Below are positions 1 through 13,053 of a DNA stretch of 64,000 bases, in pieces. A program made the position numbers and the translations under genes. Within the stretch, counting starts at the first letter, position 1; each line of letters opens with the position of its first letter. The notes under the pieces were generated by a model. That model was given only the letters and a program-made list of their open reading frames with translations. It did no database searches and was not told the origin of the DNA. Location: the NCBI RefSeq assembly GCF_009914755.1, contig NC_060931.1; one strand, 5' to 3'. This stretch comes from the human T2T-CHM13v2.0 reference genome, Homo sapiens.

Positions 1-486
1 CTATATTATTTGTAAGAGAATCCCAAATTAGTGAAAAGCAGCTCAAAGTTAAATTTCCAAGGTCATGTGTCTCACTTTTATTAGTGGTTAGGCTGGCTCT
101 CAGAAGATATATTTTCCCTGTTCTTCTTTTGGCCTAAGTATGAACAAAAGCTCTTTGGCTTGGTACAATTTACCATAGGCAATGTTGGAACTTAGACAAT
201 ACTTTGAAGATTTAAAAACTTTATTAAATAATTTGGGATATCAAAAGAAAAACATACACAAAATTACCAGAAATACACAAATGCTTGAGTGAAAAATGTA
301 ATATAACTGAATATATATGTTTTATTATCACAGGCCTTTATCTCAAAGAGTTCACAGTCTAGCTAAGTAATGTGCATATTAAGAAGTAAGCATGAGAGAA
401 TGTGATACTTGCAATATTAATTGTGCAAGAAACACTTGAATTATTAGAGAAGGCTTCAAGAGAGGCTAAAGGATAGTGGTTACTCT

Positions 487-703
487 CAATGATGTATTAG
501 GTCTAGCACACTCCAATTATCAAGAGCTAATTGTGTACCTCTCGTCTCAAGTCTCAGTGTTTAGGAAGGCCATATTGGTTGCTTGAAATTGGCTTTGGTG
601 GGAGTATTTATACCACCAAAATTGGCAAATACTACAAATCAGGGTTTTTTTGTTTGTTTGTTTTTGGACAACCACTAAACATCTACCTACCTGCATACTA
701 CTG
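487..703 (+). mobile_element. MER63A-like hAT MITE inserted in an L2 relic
   Basis: GGTGGGAGTATTTATACCACCAAAATTGGCAAATACTACAAATCAGGG matches the MER63 3' half. Near-perfect 8-bp TSD GTTACTCT (479-486) / GTTACTCA (704-711), the length expected for hAT elements. Confidence 0.8.
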
Positions 704-941
704 GTTACTCACCAGTGGAACAAAGAAAGGGGATCCAGGCAGAGACAGCATGTGAAAGGTGGTCATTCATGATATAGTACAGTTTCAGTGAACTTCAAAT
801 CGACCTCCTGCTAGAACATAGTGTATGAGAAGAGAGAGACAATATGTACATCAGAACAAATATGCAGGAATTTGACAATGGTGGAGACTAGTGAAGAATG
901 TCAGAGAACTTGGGTCTTATCCAACAGATCAATGTTTCATG

Positions 942-1107
942 TAGTGTGGTCCTTCAATCACTCACATTAGAACCACCTGAAAATTTAAGATTTTTGAGTC
1001 CTTTTTGAAACCTACTGAATAAGAATCTCCTGGAAGTAGACTCATTAATATGTATTTTAAAGACATGTCCCAGATATCTTAATACTAACTCAAGTTTGAG
1101 AAATGCA
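942..1107. mobile_element. MER5A/B-like hAT-Charlie MITE
   Basis: CATTAGAACCACCTG...CCTACTGAATAAGAATCTC...CAAGTTTGAGAA is the degenerate MER5 pattern. Confidence 0.65.
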
Positions 1108-1233
1108 TCAAATGTTTTTAGGTAGGTGAAAATATCAGCTTTTAAATCTTATCACAGTAAGCTTGCCCCTAACCCATTCCCGAGAGGAAACTCAGGATGA
1201 AAGAGATGCTGCCTTTGGGAAAACCCTTTGCAT

Positions 1234-1476
1234 CAGGGTTTGTTCACCTCAGCACTACTGGCTGAAGACTAGTGGTTGAAGACACTATTGACATTTGGAG
1301 CTAGATAGTTCTTTGTTGCGAGGATGTGTTCTGTACATTGCAGAACGTCCACCAGGACCCCCGGTCTCTGTGCACTAGATACTAGTAGCAACTTCCCCAA
1401 TTATTACAATAAAAAATGTCACCAGATATTGTCAAATGTCCCCTGGAAGGCAAAGGTGCCTTTGTTTGTACCATTG
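1234..1476 (-). mobile_element. MER20 hAT-Charlie MITE
   Basis: CACTATTGACATTTGGAGCTAGATAGTTCTTTGTTG...CCAGATATTGTCAAATGTCCCCTGG is the reverse complement of the MER20 consensus. Confidence 0.85.
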
Positions 1477-2135
1477 CTCTCTATCTTTGGCTATTCCTTC
1501 AGTCAGCCTTACTGAAGGGACTGATAATGGGGATGACCTCACTCCACAGTTGAAACTCAATTTCCAACCTCCAAGGTTGACTGTACCATAGTAGAACTTG
1601 CAGGAAAACCATATGTTAATATTCTACAGTGATCATATAATTTACATAGCAGGTATTCCAGTATATTTACTTAGTAATGGGGTTGCATTTTCTTGAAAAT
1701 AATATTAAATGAGACAATATGTGCTGTGACTATTACTTAAAGTCCTCCCACCTTTCTCAACTCCCTCCCCACACCCTAAACCACCACCCCACACTCCGTG
1801 CTGTATTTAAAGTTCTTTCCATTAAAATTACTTTTCTAAGGTTACGACCTCTCTGTGGAAATACTCTATTAAAATGCAAAAGCTGGACACCATTCACAAA
1901 TATTATATTTTTAGCTGTAAATATATAAATATTTAAGTAAATATTTACTAATAGGAATATTCTCATCTAGACAGGCAGCTCCTTGATGAAAGGAATGATT
2001 TCTCCTTTATCTTTGTACCCATAGCACTTATCATATATATCATCTGTTGCTTAGGAGATTTTTAAAAAATATTTAAATCAATAAAAGAAACTATCTTCCA
2101 AAGAATAGTTGTATAGGACATAGGATTAGAACAAG

Positions 2136-2711
2136 TTTATTTTTTATTTTTTTAATACTTTAAGTTCTGCAATACATGTGCAGAATGTGCAGGTTTGTTA
2201 CATAGCTATACATGTGCCATGGTGGCTTGCTCTACCCATCAACCTGTCATCTACATTAGGTATTTTTCCTAATGCTATCTCTCCCCTGGCCCCTCACCCC
2301 CCAACAGAACACAGTGTGTGATGTTCCCCTCCCTGTGTCCATGTGTTCTCATTGTTCAACTCCCACTTATGAGTGAGAACATGCGGTGTTTGGTTTTCTG
2401 TTCCTGTGTTAGTTTGCTGAGAATGATGGTTTCCAGCTTCATTCATGTCCCTGCAATAGACATGAATTCATCTTTTTGATGGCTGCATAGTATTCCACGG
2501 TGTATATGTGCCACATTTTCTTTATCCAGTCTATCATTGATGGGCATTTTGGTTGGTTCCAAGTCTTTGCTATTGTGAACAGTGCTGCAATAAACATATG
2601 TGTGCATGTATGTTTATAGTAGAATGATTTATAATCCTTTGGGTATATATCCAGTAATGGGATTGCAGGGTCAAATGGTATTTCTGGTTCTAGATCCTTG
2701 AGGAATCACCA
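2136..2711 (-). mobile_element. 5'-truncated L1PA7-like LINE-1 (3' UTR and end of ORF2)
   Basis: T-rich tail, then TACTTTAAGTTCTG...CATGTGCAGAATGTGCAGGTTTGTTAC...CATCTACATTAGGTATTT, which are L1PA7/8-type 3' diagnostics. Confidence 0.9.
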
Positions 2712-3949
2712 AAAGCAATAAGCAAGAGGGATCAAATAACTATGGCCAGCCCTTTAGAAATCTTTGATAAGCATTTTTTTCCATTCTATCTCACTTTGTC
2801 CTTCTGATGCCCTTATTCGTCTTCTCTTCTTACTTACTCCCCAGATCCAAAAAGCATGTTTTGCCCTCCAATTTTCTCTACTTCTTGCTCTTGCATTAAA
2901 AAATAAACTTGTTAAAGATCGTCATCACTGGTCATTAACAATTTTATTTTTAATGCAAGAGCAGGGAGTAGAGAAAATTGTGGGGCAAAGCATGCTTTTT
3001 GGATCTAGGGAGTAGGGAAGAAGAGAATCCAAATAAGGGCATCCGAAGGAAGAAGTGAGATAGAAGGGGAAAAATTGCTTATCAAAGATTTCTAAAGGGC
3101 TGGCCATGGTTGTTTGATCCCTCTTGCTTATTGCTTTTTTTTCCACAACACATTTTATTTGGTGATATGGACTACTGGATAATAAATGAGACAACTTAAG
3201 GCAATGCCTCAAAATCTCTGCATTTTTCTGGTATAGTAACTTCCTTTTCATAGCTGATAAACTTCCAAATTTAAGCAAGTTCTGAATTTTTATAGATGGT
3301 GACTCACTGCTTGCTAGGATGGTGGCTTACTTGGTAGACTGTAATATTCGCCAGTGTGAATATTCCAGAGAATGCTCTTTGACAGTGCAAAGATTGTATT
3401 TCACAATATCTTGCTGGCATTTTACATATTGATTTAATGTCTCAAGTAGCTCTGAAGAAGATGTTTGGTATTTAGTAATTGATATTTCTAGTGGCAAAAA
3501 ATTTAATCATATAGCTATAGCTTCAGATATTCTTCTGCAAATGTTTCCTAATGAAAGTTATACAGCTCATAATGTGTATTCTGGTAAGTATTGACATCTA
3601 AAATTTTAGCAATCATAAACTGACTTTCATCGGATCATGGTTCATTTGCATTTGTTTGCCAAACTGTTGTGCCTCATAGGAAATTTGAGTATTGAAGAAT
3701 ACCTGTCAACTATCCTGATTACTCATTGGTTAAAATGCCATTGCCTAGTTTTAGTTGTCAATCCTCACAACTTACAGCTGTCATTTCTTGCTTTTAGAAA
3801 AAAATCAGATTGGCATTTTTTAAAGCATTCTCCGAAGGATGCTGTACATTGCAAAACCACATATACATAGTGAATGTACTCTTTTTATCTAGTTATGGCT
3901 TATACATGCAATACTCAAAATTATGGCAGATAAAAAAATCTTTCTCTCA

Positions 3950-3986
3950 TACACACACACACACACACACAGATGCAACACACACA
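3950..3986. repeat. (CA)n microsatellite
   Basis: Visible CA run with one interruption. Confidence 0.95.
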
Positions 3987-6900
3987 ACTGTAAGAGATGA
4001 CTTAAGGATGAAAAAGAAGATTTTTGTTGTTGTTGTTATTTGTTTGTTTTAATCAGGATGCTAAAAAGACCTCTTGACCAAGAATATTCCCTTTGTAGAA
4101 CCTATAGTGCTTGAACTTCCATCATAGGCATGATCCTTTGAAATTTGCTTGTTGTCATCTAAACAAGTGCAACTACAATTAATTCTTGAATGAGGTAGTC
4201 TGTTAAATCCCTAATACTAAATTGACTTAAGGATAAACCGTTTACTAACAGTAGGTTCTGAAGAAAGGAGAAAGAAAAATGCCAAAGGGTAGGCAAGGTA
4301 GATAGAATGGTCAAAGAGCACTATCTACTCCATAATTTTGCCTGGGCCTGGGCATCATTGGTGACATAATCAAGCTGAGATGCTAGATGTGAATTGAAAG
4401 TTATATAAAAGGTATGATATGTCCATTATTTCTACCCCACCTGACATGGACATAGGTGCAATCATAACATTGTATAAAATCCGATATCAAACATTAATGT
4501 TCATAAAATCTTTCTTGAGAATCAAGATAATTAGGAACAAAATTTAATTTTCTTTGGCTATGTGACATCAATAAGAGATGCTAATTAGAACATCTCTACT
4601 GGTCTCTATTTTTAAAAGGAAAATAGTAAACTGTTCTGTTGCATAATAAGGAAATGTATTAAATACAAATAGAAAATATAATAATTTACTCTGCTGCCCT
4701 CATTTCTTTGAGTGTATGGTTATTATTATTACAAAGGATGATCTTATGTGAATTGAATGAAAAGCAGAAAAAAAGTGAACATTGATTAGCAAACACAGTG
4801 TAATTTTTCCAGCCTTATTGTTTAATTATTGATTATTGGTATGATCATTTAGTATATATTTGTGAATTGACAGTATTTACAAAAGAAATGGCTAAATACT
4901 TCTGAAGGAGTCATCTGTTTCCATTTAGATTCTGAAAAGAGAAGGATAAAAATAACATATACAAAGAGAAAACTTTCAACTTAGCTACTTGACTGTCATA
5001 CCCAATCTTACCACATCCAATATTCGAAAAGTTGAAAAGGTTAAACACACACATTTAGTTTGATTTCTTCCATTGTGTGTATGTGTTTATAATATATACT
5101 CAGTTATATTTTTTTATTCCACAGAGAAAAAGCATACTTGCTTAAATTCTATCCACATGCATTTTTGACTGAAGAGAATGTCCATTCTTTTTTCTTTTTA
5201 GCAAGGCATTAAATTAGCTTGCTCAGTGAACCCAATTGTTTAAAAATAAGAATTTGACAGACTGAGTATGAATACAGTTTATTAATTGAATCCACATTTA
5301 TTTTATAAATGAATAATATTGCTACTAAAAACATTCCTTGCTAAATAAAACACAAGGAGAAAAATTCTTATGAGTAGCTCCATGAAAACTTACTTTTGTT
5401 GTCTATGTGTCAAATTGGGAATTAATAGCTTAATAATCTGTTTTAATTATTTACCACCTCTAAAATATTGACTTCCTCATATAATTTTTAATTTGTTATT
5501 GGAAGTTTCTAGGATACCGATCATGTAGTCCCTTTTTCATTGCTCCACTGCATTTTTCCCCCAAGAAGTAATGAATGTAAAAAGCCCAAATTTAGAACAA
5601 ATCAGATTTTTTTTTTTTTTTTTTTTTAGGCATTGATCTTTTGATCCAATGATTGGAAGCTTCTCTCAACACCTGGATGGGGAGCTTTAGTTGGGCTTTT
5701 AAATTCAAGAAAGTTCTTTAAAAATCATTTGATCATTGTGTGGAGAAATTTATAGCATACTAGCTAGATTCAGTTATATGTGAATTATGAATTAACATTA
5801 CACTACAGGTGTATGAGTTTAGTATTTATTGCCAATACCCCCTCACTAGGGAGTTTGCAATAATTCTCTTTCCAGGAATGGCTGAGCCGATAGTTAGTTC
5901 TGTATTCCTAACTGCCTTCTTGTTCTTATGTGTGTGGCAGGAGGTTTACAAGCTCTCTCTACATTAGGTCTAATAGTGGCTATTCTCAGAATGTTGCTCT
6001 CCTCGCTACATATGTCATTGTCCCTTTCTCAGAATGGTACACCATTTTTTCCCTACATGCACTATGCTGTCTTTGTATGTGTGCATCAGGTGACTTTGAG
6101 TTTTCCAGCATGCTGCAGATGGGGTCAGTAAGGTTCACCAGCTGCAAGCCAAGCTGACCCAAGTAGGAAGCTCAACCAGACTCACAATACTACCAGTCAG
6201 TGTGACCTAGAAATTATCACTCACAAAGCCAGTACCAAATAATGAGCCTTGTGAGTGGCAGCATTGATTATGTGCTTTAAGAACTGGTCCAAACTATGAC
6301 TTGGTGCTCTGGCCTCATTCTTTCTCATACTTCAGTTCTGTACCGGGACTGACACTCTGTTCTCTTCCTCTCTCCTTAGCTGGATTAGTTCTTATAAAAA
6401 TTCCTGCATCTTTAGCCGATGAGGTGGCCAGAAGTGCTCAGCTGGTTGCTGAACGTTGTGGACAGGGTGGAGACCACTCATTATGATTAAGACTAGAGGA
6501 GAAACAAGAAACTTACCAGAACTGTGGGGCCACAAGTACCAGTAGGGGGAAGGCTGGAGAAAACCACAGCACGTACTAGATAAGCTAGAGCCAAGATCCA
6601 GGCCCCACAAAGCGTGAACACAAAGTTTTAAGGGAGTAAATGTTTTAAGTGGAAGATAAAGTTACGGAGTTAGTAGCTCAGAGATTAAAACGAAGAAATC
6701 AAAGGAAAAATAAATTTTGAAAGGAAAAATAATCTCAAGTTATTGCCTCAAATACTAACTTTAAAATCTGAATATACAAGGTACTGACTAGCTTAATGAG
6801 TCATGGAACACATACAACCTTGACATATGACATCAGGACTTTTTTCTCCTCCACCTACCTTTGTTCCTCTGGTTCTGGCATCAACTCCTATTCATATCAA

Positions 6901-7488
6901 GTTGTTACATTGACCACCCAGGACTGCTTTACTGCTCTTTGCCTTACTTCAGTGGTTTGTCACTTCCTGGATTTCTGCTACCCTAGTTTACCCACTAGAT
7001 TGATGCATTTCATATCTATGTCTTTGATTGATGTATGTTATGTGTGTACATGCGAGTACGTGCTGCACATTTAGATGACTGCATTAGCCTGCCTGGATGT
7101 CCTCAGAGTAAAGCCATAGTCGCTTTATAGTAGATTTATTTCACTAGTCCTTTCCCTCCCTCTTCTGGTTTCTTCCCATCATTGTGCAGCCAAGCCATTC
7201 TATTTTACACATGTCTTGTTACTAACCAATGCAGTCCAAGACAAGGCATCACTCTCTTATCTCTGTTCTCTGACTTCTACTTTAAAGATGTGTATCTCTT
7301 TCTCAAGGGCTACCCATCTCATTCTCCTTTGTTCTGTGCTAGTGACATCTCTTAAGTTATACATTTTTCCTTCATTTTCTACAAACCTTTGAATGACCTC
7401 TGCAACAGTAGGAGGAACAAGTTTTCAACCCTTATAAAACTTTTGGGAAGGGAAAGGACTAGTTTCCTGTCAGAACTCTAGCAGAATG

Positions 7489-7765
7489 GCAGTGATACTA
7501 TTCAAAGTATTTAACAATCACTACAGCAGAGGCACTGACCAATCAGATTTATGCCTGGCCACAATGCTGGAGGCCCGTTCCTCTGCCAGGCCCTATGCCT
7601 ATCTTTGTGGCATTATGGGAAGGTTAGGGAATTCTTGGGGACACTAAAATCCCCAGGGATGGAGTGGGTACTTGAAGGTGTCAGTAGTTACTTAACAGCC
7701 AGTATGGAAACATTTCACTATTTCTATAACACACGTTATGACCATACGAGCTACATATCAGATCT
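7489..7765 (+). mobile_element. Old hAT-Tip100 (Arthur1-like) MITE relic
   Basis: CAGTGATACTATTCAAAGTATTTAACAATC...GGCACTGACCAATCAGA start and ...CATATCAGATCTG end resemble this family. Highly diverged. Confidence 0.45.
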
Positions 7766-8034
7766 GCCTCCCTCCAAACAGAAACTCTATGTTGATTCCT
7801 GTTTCTTGACTTTAAGCCAACTTCCTATTTAAAAAATTGCCCAGACTCAAAGGCCATCAGGAACCCACATGAAAAAGCATATTCCATATGCCCTGTACTT
7901 CAACATTATTTTTTTAAGTCAACATTATTTACTCCTTATGAATTTAAATCACAAATCATGTTATAGCTCTTTGTATTACAAATTTTCTTTTTCTTACTCG
8001 AAGTTTCAAGGTTAATGGCATTTTTCTAATTTAT

Positions 8035-8133
8035 ACAATAAACACCTAATGTGTACCTACAGTGTGCGAGGCACTGGGGATATGACAGTGAACATAGAAG
8101 ACAAATTCCTGCCTGCATGGAGCTGACATTATA
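8035..8133 (-). mobile_element. L2 3' end fragment
   Basis: TACCTACAGTGTGCGAGGCACTGGGGATATGACAGTGAAC...CCTGCCTGCATGGAGCTGACATT is the antisense L2 3' end. Confidence 0.75.
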
Positions 8134-11100
8134 ACCCAGAGGTTTTAATGCAAAATTTTAAATGTTAGAATTGCATATTGTGAAAAAAAGCCCCACATAT
8201 TATGTGCATTTAATTGTACATACCTGCTTTTTAGTGCCAGGACTTTTGCATGCCAAAATTTTCTTCGCCGAGCATGTCAGTGAAGTGTTTGCATGTTTGC
8301 ACGTCCAACAGAGAAAGAAAAAACAGAAATGCCATGTGCTGTGAAGGCATACAGAGATAAAAAGAACAGCCCCTAACGTGGAAATGTTAAAATATTATTT
8401 ACAAAAGGTAAAGTCCATATAAAATATGGTTAGGTATAAAGGTAGTGATGTAAATTCCAAATACACACTCTAGTATTCCACAATTCCTAATAGCAAATTT
8501 AGGCAAAGGAGAGATCATTGAGGAATAGGCTCAGGAATATTTGTCCATTTCTATCCACTTTGCGACCTACTTTCTCCTTGAATTCTGAACTTCCTTTGGC
8601 AATGAAAGGAATCATATTAATTTGATTTATCCCAGGTAGATAGTCAAAACCCAGGTTGGAGAATGGGCATTTTGGTTCTAACCTTTTTTGTTCACTCTAA
8701 GAGGCAGCACAGAGACAAATGTCCTAGAGTGAAGGAGCTTGGAGGATAAGCACCCCAATAGTTTAGGTTTGGATTTCATGTGCTGTGCTGGTGGATGAGA
8801 GGGAATTTATCCCCAAAACAGTGTTTCATTGTTACCACAATCAGCATGTTCTCTTTTCCAAGGAGCCTGTGGGGTGGCTGGCTGTTAAGTGCTAGATTAG
8901 GTATCTTATGCACTAAATCGACGAGTTAGATAAATACAGCGTTCTCAGTTTTCAGAGCATGTATATTTAAAAAAATATTTAATGAAAGAAGTCAGCATGA
9001 GAGTTGGTATTTCCCCCCAAATACTGAATAGAGTGTAACCACAAGGTCATAAAAATAAACCCATCTGAATCTTCTGCCAGTTTTTCAGAGGTGTGTGGGA
9101 GAATGTTAGAAAAACTGGAGAAACAATGAATGTGTTACAGATGGGACAAATATAACAGTTTCTGTAGGTGCTCATGTTGTGCCATCTTTAGTCACTGCAG
9201 CTCATCACATCCATCACGATGAATTGCTCTCTAGATGGAAGACAGAATCGTGGGAATTACGTTTACAGTGCGAATGCAGTTCCCTCTGTTGATCAGCAAT
9301 TCCATTACTCTTCAAAAAGCGAACAAAACAAAACAAAAAGCCCACTCTTTCTGGGATACAGTTTAGGAAGTAAATAACAAAGTGTCTCTTAAAAAAATGA
9401 AAAAAAGAAACAACACCTGAAATTAGAGGTTGCATGGAGAAATGGTATATTTTAACAATTTTGAAAGTACATAAACTTTATGTCTATATTTGTCAAAGAA
9501 TGTATGGAAAATGTGAACAATTCTATCAACATAAACAATTATCTTTCTATATCGCATCTATGAACTTTCTACATCAGAATGGTTCTAAATTCTACATAGT
9601 GGTCATAGATGCAAAATAACATTCATGATGGAACTTATTATTTTGATAAACATGTATCTGTTTATTTAAGTAAATGAAGAATTTTACATTGCACTGCTTT
9701 GTAAACTATGTTCTAATTCCCATACAACTTGAGTTTATTACAGAACACTGCTTAGTCCTATGGAGTCTCAGCAATAACACCAACTTTCATAGCTCAATGG
9801 CTTTTCTCTCTCTGACCAGCTACTTATCATTTAAAGCCAGGCCCAGCGTCCTAGAAGCTCTTGGGACAGTCATCTAACAAGGGCTTAGAACCCCAGGCCC
9901 TGGGTGTGGTGCACCTTTCCCTTTTAAAGAAACAAGTGCAGTGTTTCTTATGTTTTTCACACAGTCTGGTATTTAAGGTTGGAAGGCAATTTGTAGTAAA
10001 GCAGTAAAGATGAGTCTGTGGTTTATTTTTTAAATAAATTAATCTATTTATACATTTATTGTGGTTGGGCATTAAGTTTTCTGTATCACAAAGAGCATCC
10101 TTCTTCAGGAAATTCTGCTTTTGGCCTCTAAAAGAGAATAAGGGTTACTCAGGAAATGAATGGATGATTTGTTTAATTTGCCTAATATAATATGGCTTTG
10201 AGGTTCTTAAATATCTCCTCAGAACCCTGATTACAAAAAAAAAAAAAAATTTCCCCACTCCAAAGTGAGATGTCATCCCATTATTTGGCTTCAGAAACAC
10301 AAACATGAATTGCTAGGCAGGACATGAGGGTGCTCCCCTAACACACATATTCTCCAATCTAGACAACAGGAAAATCAATCAATTGATCAAGATTTTCTTC
10401 CATGTCATTTGTTTGCTATTATCAGTTTTTGTTAGATGGTCCCTTCTTTTCTTCCACAGTGTTTAAAACCTTGGAAGCTGTATGTGTTAAACATTTGTCA
10501 GGCAATGTGGTCTTAATTATACAGTTATTATTTAAACAAAAGTTTAATCACTAATACCAATAGCATGTTATTTACCCATGGTCTAGACACTTGGACCTCA
10601 ACCATCTTAACATTTCTATACATATAAATGGAAAGGTAAAATTCATAATTATTCAGTTTTTTAATATCTTGCTATGGGACACACATATGTGTCTAGATAT
10701 GTTATTTTATGTAATCTCTATTCTATCAGTTTTAAGATAATGAATGTGATCTTTCTATCTCCTTCAAATTCTATGCCCAACTTCATGGAAACATACTATT
10801 TTGGTTTATGATCAAAAGTTTCCTAACAATTTGGATGCACATTCATTAAGTAAACTCTCATAGTCTGACTCTGTAGTTGACTAAACTTAAGGATTTTGAT
10901 TACTTTTATTTCAGTTTAATTCAGTTTGACCCAGTTGATAGCCCAGTTTTGTGCTGAATACCTCTCATCCTAAGGAAAACAAAAAATATAGTAAAAATTG
11001 TTAATCATGGCATTTTATAGTTCATGTCCCATATTCAGAACTGAAGTTATACAGATAGATAATTTGCCCCATTTCCCTGGCTATAATCAATAGTAATAAT

Positions 11101-13053
11101 TTAAACCCATGGTTTAAACATTTTAAAGAAATAAGTGAGTTCCAAAAGGTTGTATTTTTGACTTTCCAGCAGTTGTTATGTTTTAGCAGCTTTTTAAGCT
11201 GGGTTCTATTTTTTCTTTTTCTTCTTCAGTCCTTTCTCCTAGTTGCATGTCCTTTTATAGCATTATTTAGAGGTACAAGGCACAATTAAACTGCTCTTTT
11301 ACTGATATTATTGAAATAGATTTCAACACGGCTGGTTTGTACTTTTAAGCTAAAACAGACTTAATCATGCTCATGTTGGCTCAGTTTGTCATTGTTATCC
11401 ACATTAATCTGCAGCAGATATGTGTGTACTGCTGCTGTGCAGAATACAAGATATAGTCCAGTAAACAACTTCAAATGTGATACCCTGGCATTTACTAAAA
11501 ATAAGAATCACTGTTTAAAACTATCTTTATTTATTTGGGATTATATTTGAGTATTCAAATATTATCCTCATTTGGTTATTCTGTTTATGCTGGTTCATAT
11601 GGCGGAGAGTGGGGGGGTGCATAACAAAAAGAATTGTACTTTTTGTTCTTTCAAAATACTGAGAAAATATAGTCCTGCATTAAGAAACATTTTAATATAA
11701 AACTACTAGATAATTAGGAGGGCTATGTGGCAGTAAAGATATTTTAGCTCTTACATTTTTTATCACATTGGGGCTATTTTTTTCTTTTCCACTTTTATTA
11801 TTAACCTTTTTATAGAAAATTGGCTTACCAAGAATTTATGAATTAATAAGTCTATTATAATGATAAATGATAATTACCATTTAAATCCTGACTCATTTAT
11901 CAGCTTGTTCACTGCATGTCAGGTGACACAAGACTGTATGATTACTTGTCTGGTGAGTATTTTTCAATGGATTGTTATACTTCCTTGAACTTTAGATCCT
12001 CATACCATATTTTTTAAAGTACGATAAAATGCAGTTAAGTAGTTTGACGCAGAAATTACAGACCATGCTATAAATAACAGAAGAAGTGGCTTCAATATTT
12101 TTAGAAGATTGTTCTTAGGTTCCAGTGACAAATGTAGAGTATCCAGTTGGGTCAAATGAAAAGTTCATAGACAGACAGTTTCAAGGGTTGCAGGATTGGT
12201 AATGTTATAGTAGCTAAACTAGTCACCATTCAATGTCAAAGTGGAAAGTTTTGGCTTTCAATACATCAGAAACCTCCAGGATATGAATCAGTAGTCTCTA
12301 CGCTGTTCCCCACAGAGAGGCGCCTAGTCTTCAAACCATGCACATACTTGCCGACAGTTTAAACAGACAAAATGGGATTAGATAGACCTTAGGGAACATA
12401 TGTGGGGCTGCTGGAAGTTTTCATTATGAGAATCAAAGCAGCAGAAAATTTTCACGTTTACAGGTTGCATATGGTTTTCACTCACTGGGCAGTAGTCAAT
12501 CAAGGTATTTTGAAATTGCAAACATTTTGTTAAAATGTAAATTCTTCTTCCCCCTCTCACTCTTTCTGACAATGCACAGACTTTTAAAGCATGTGAATAT
12601 TCGCTATCTGTTCCACTTCAGCTTCAAATTAAACTTTTTGTGTGAATAGCATAGAACTGAAAAGAAGACATGATTTGGGATCTTTAGGTTGACTTTGTCT
12701 CTTCCTCAAAGCCTCCTATAACAAAAAGGAATGTCTAGTAATATTAGCAATTGTGTGTTCACCAAATAAGGATGTATTAAATTGAAGTCTGTAATTTCTG
12801 TACTAAAGATCAGAACTCTCTTAAAACACACAATTTTACAAGCCCAGCAATCAAGCTAGACATTGAGAATCTTCCTTCCCATCACTGTCTTCACTTTAAA
12901 TGCCTTCTTGCTAGGATTCTCTTTAATCTATTCTGTGATAGAAAGCCTTTCGTAAAAGATGAGTTGAGTGTACCTGCTCTCCCATTGCAAAATCATTAGA
13001 ACCATCCATTTTAGGGAAAAAAAAAAAACTGATTAAAGCACAATAATATAAAG

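Noticed and set aside
5607-5630. T21 followed by AG|G as a splice acceptor
   Set aside because: No convincing donor or reading frame downstream, and poly(T)+AG arises easily by chance. The same applies to T31-AG at 21574-21606.
12308-12327. CTCF site at CCACAGAGAGGCGCC
   Set aside because: Mismatches at the conserved AG core positions.
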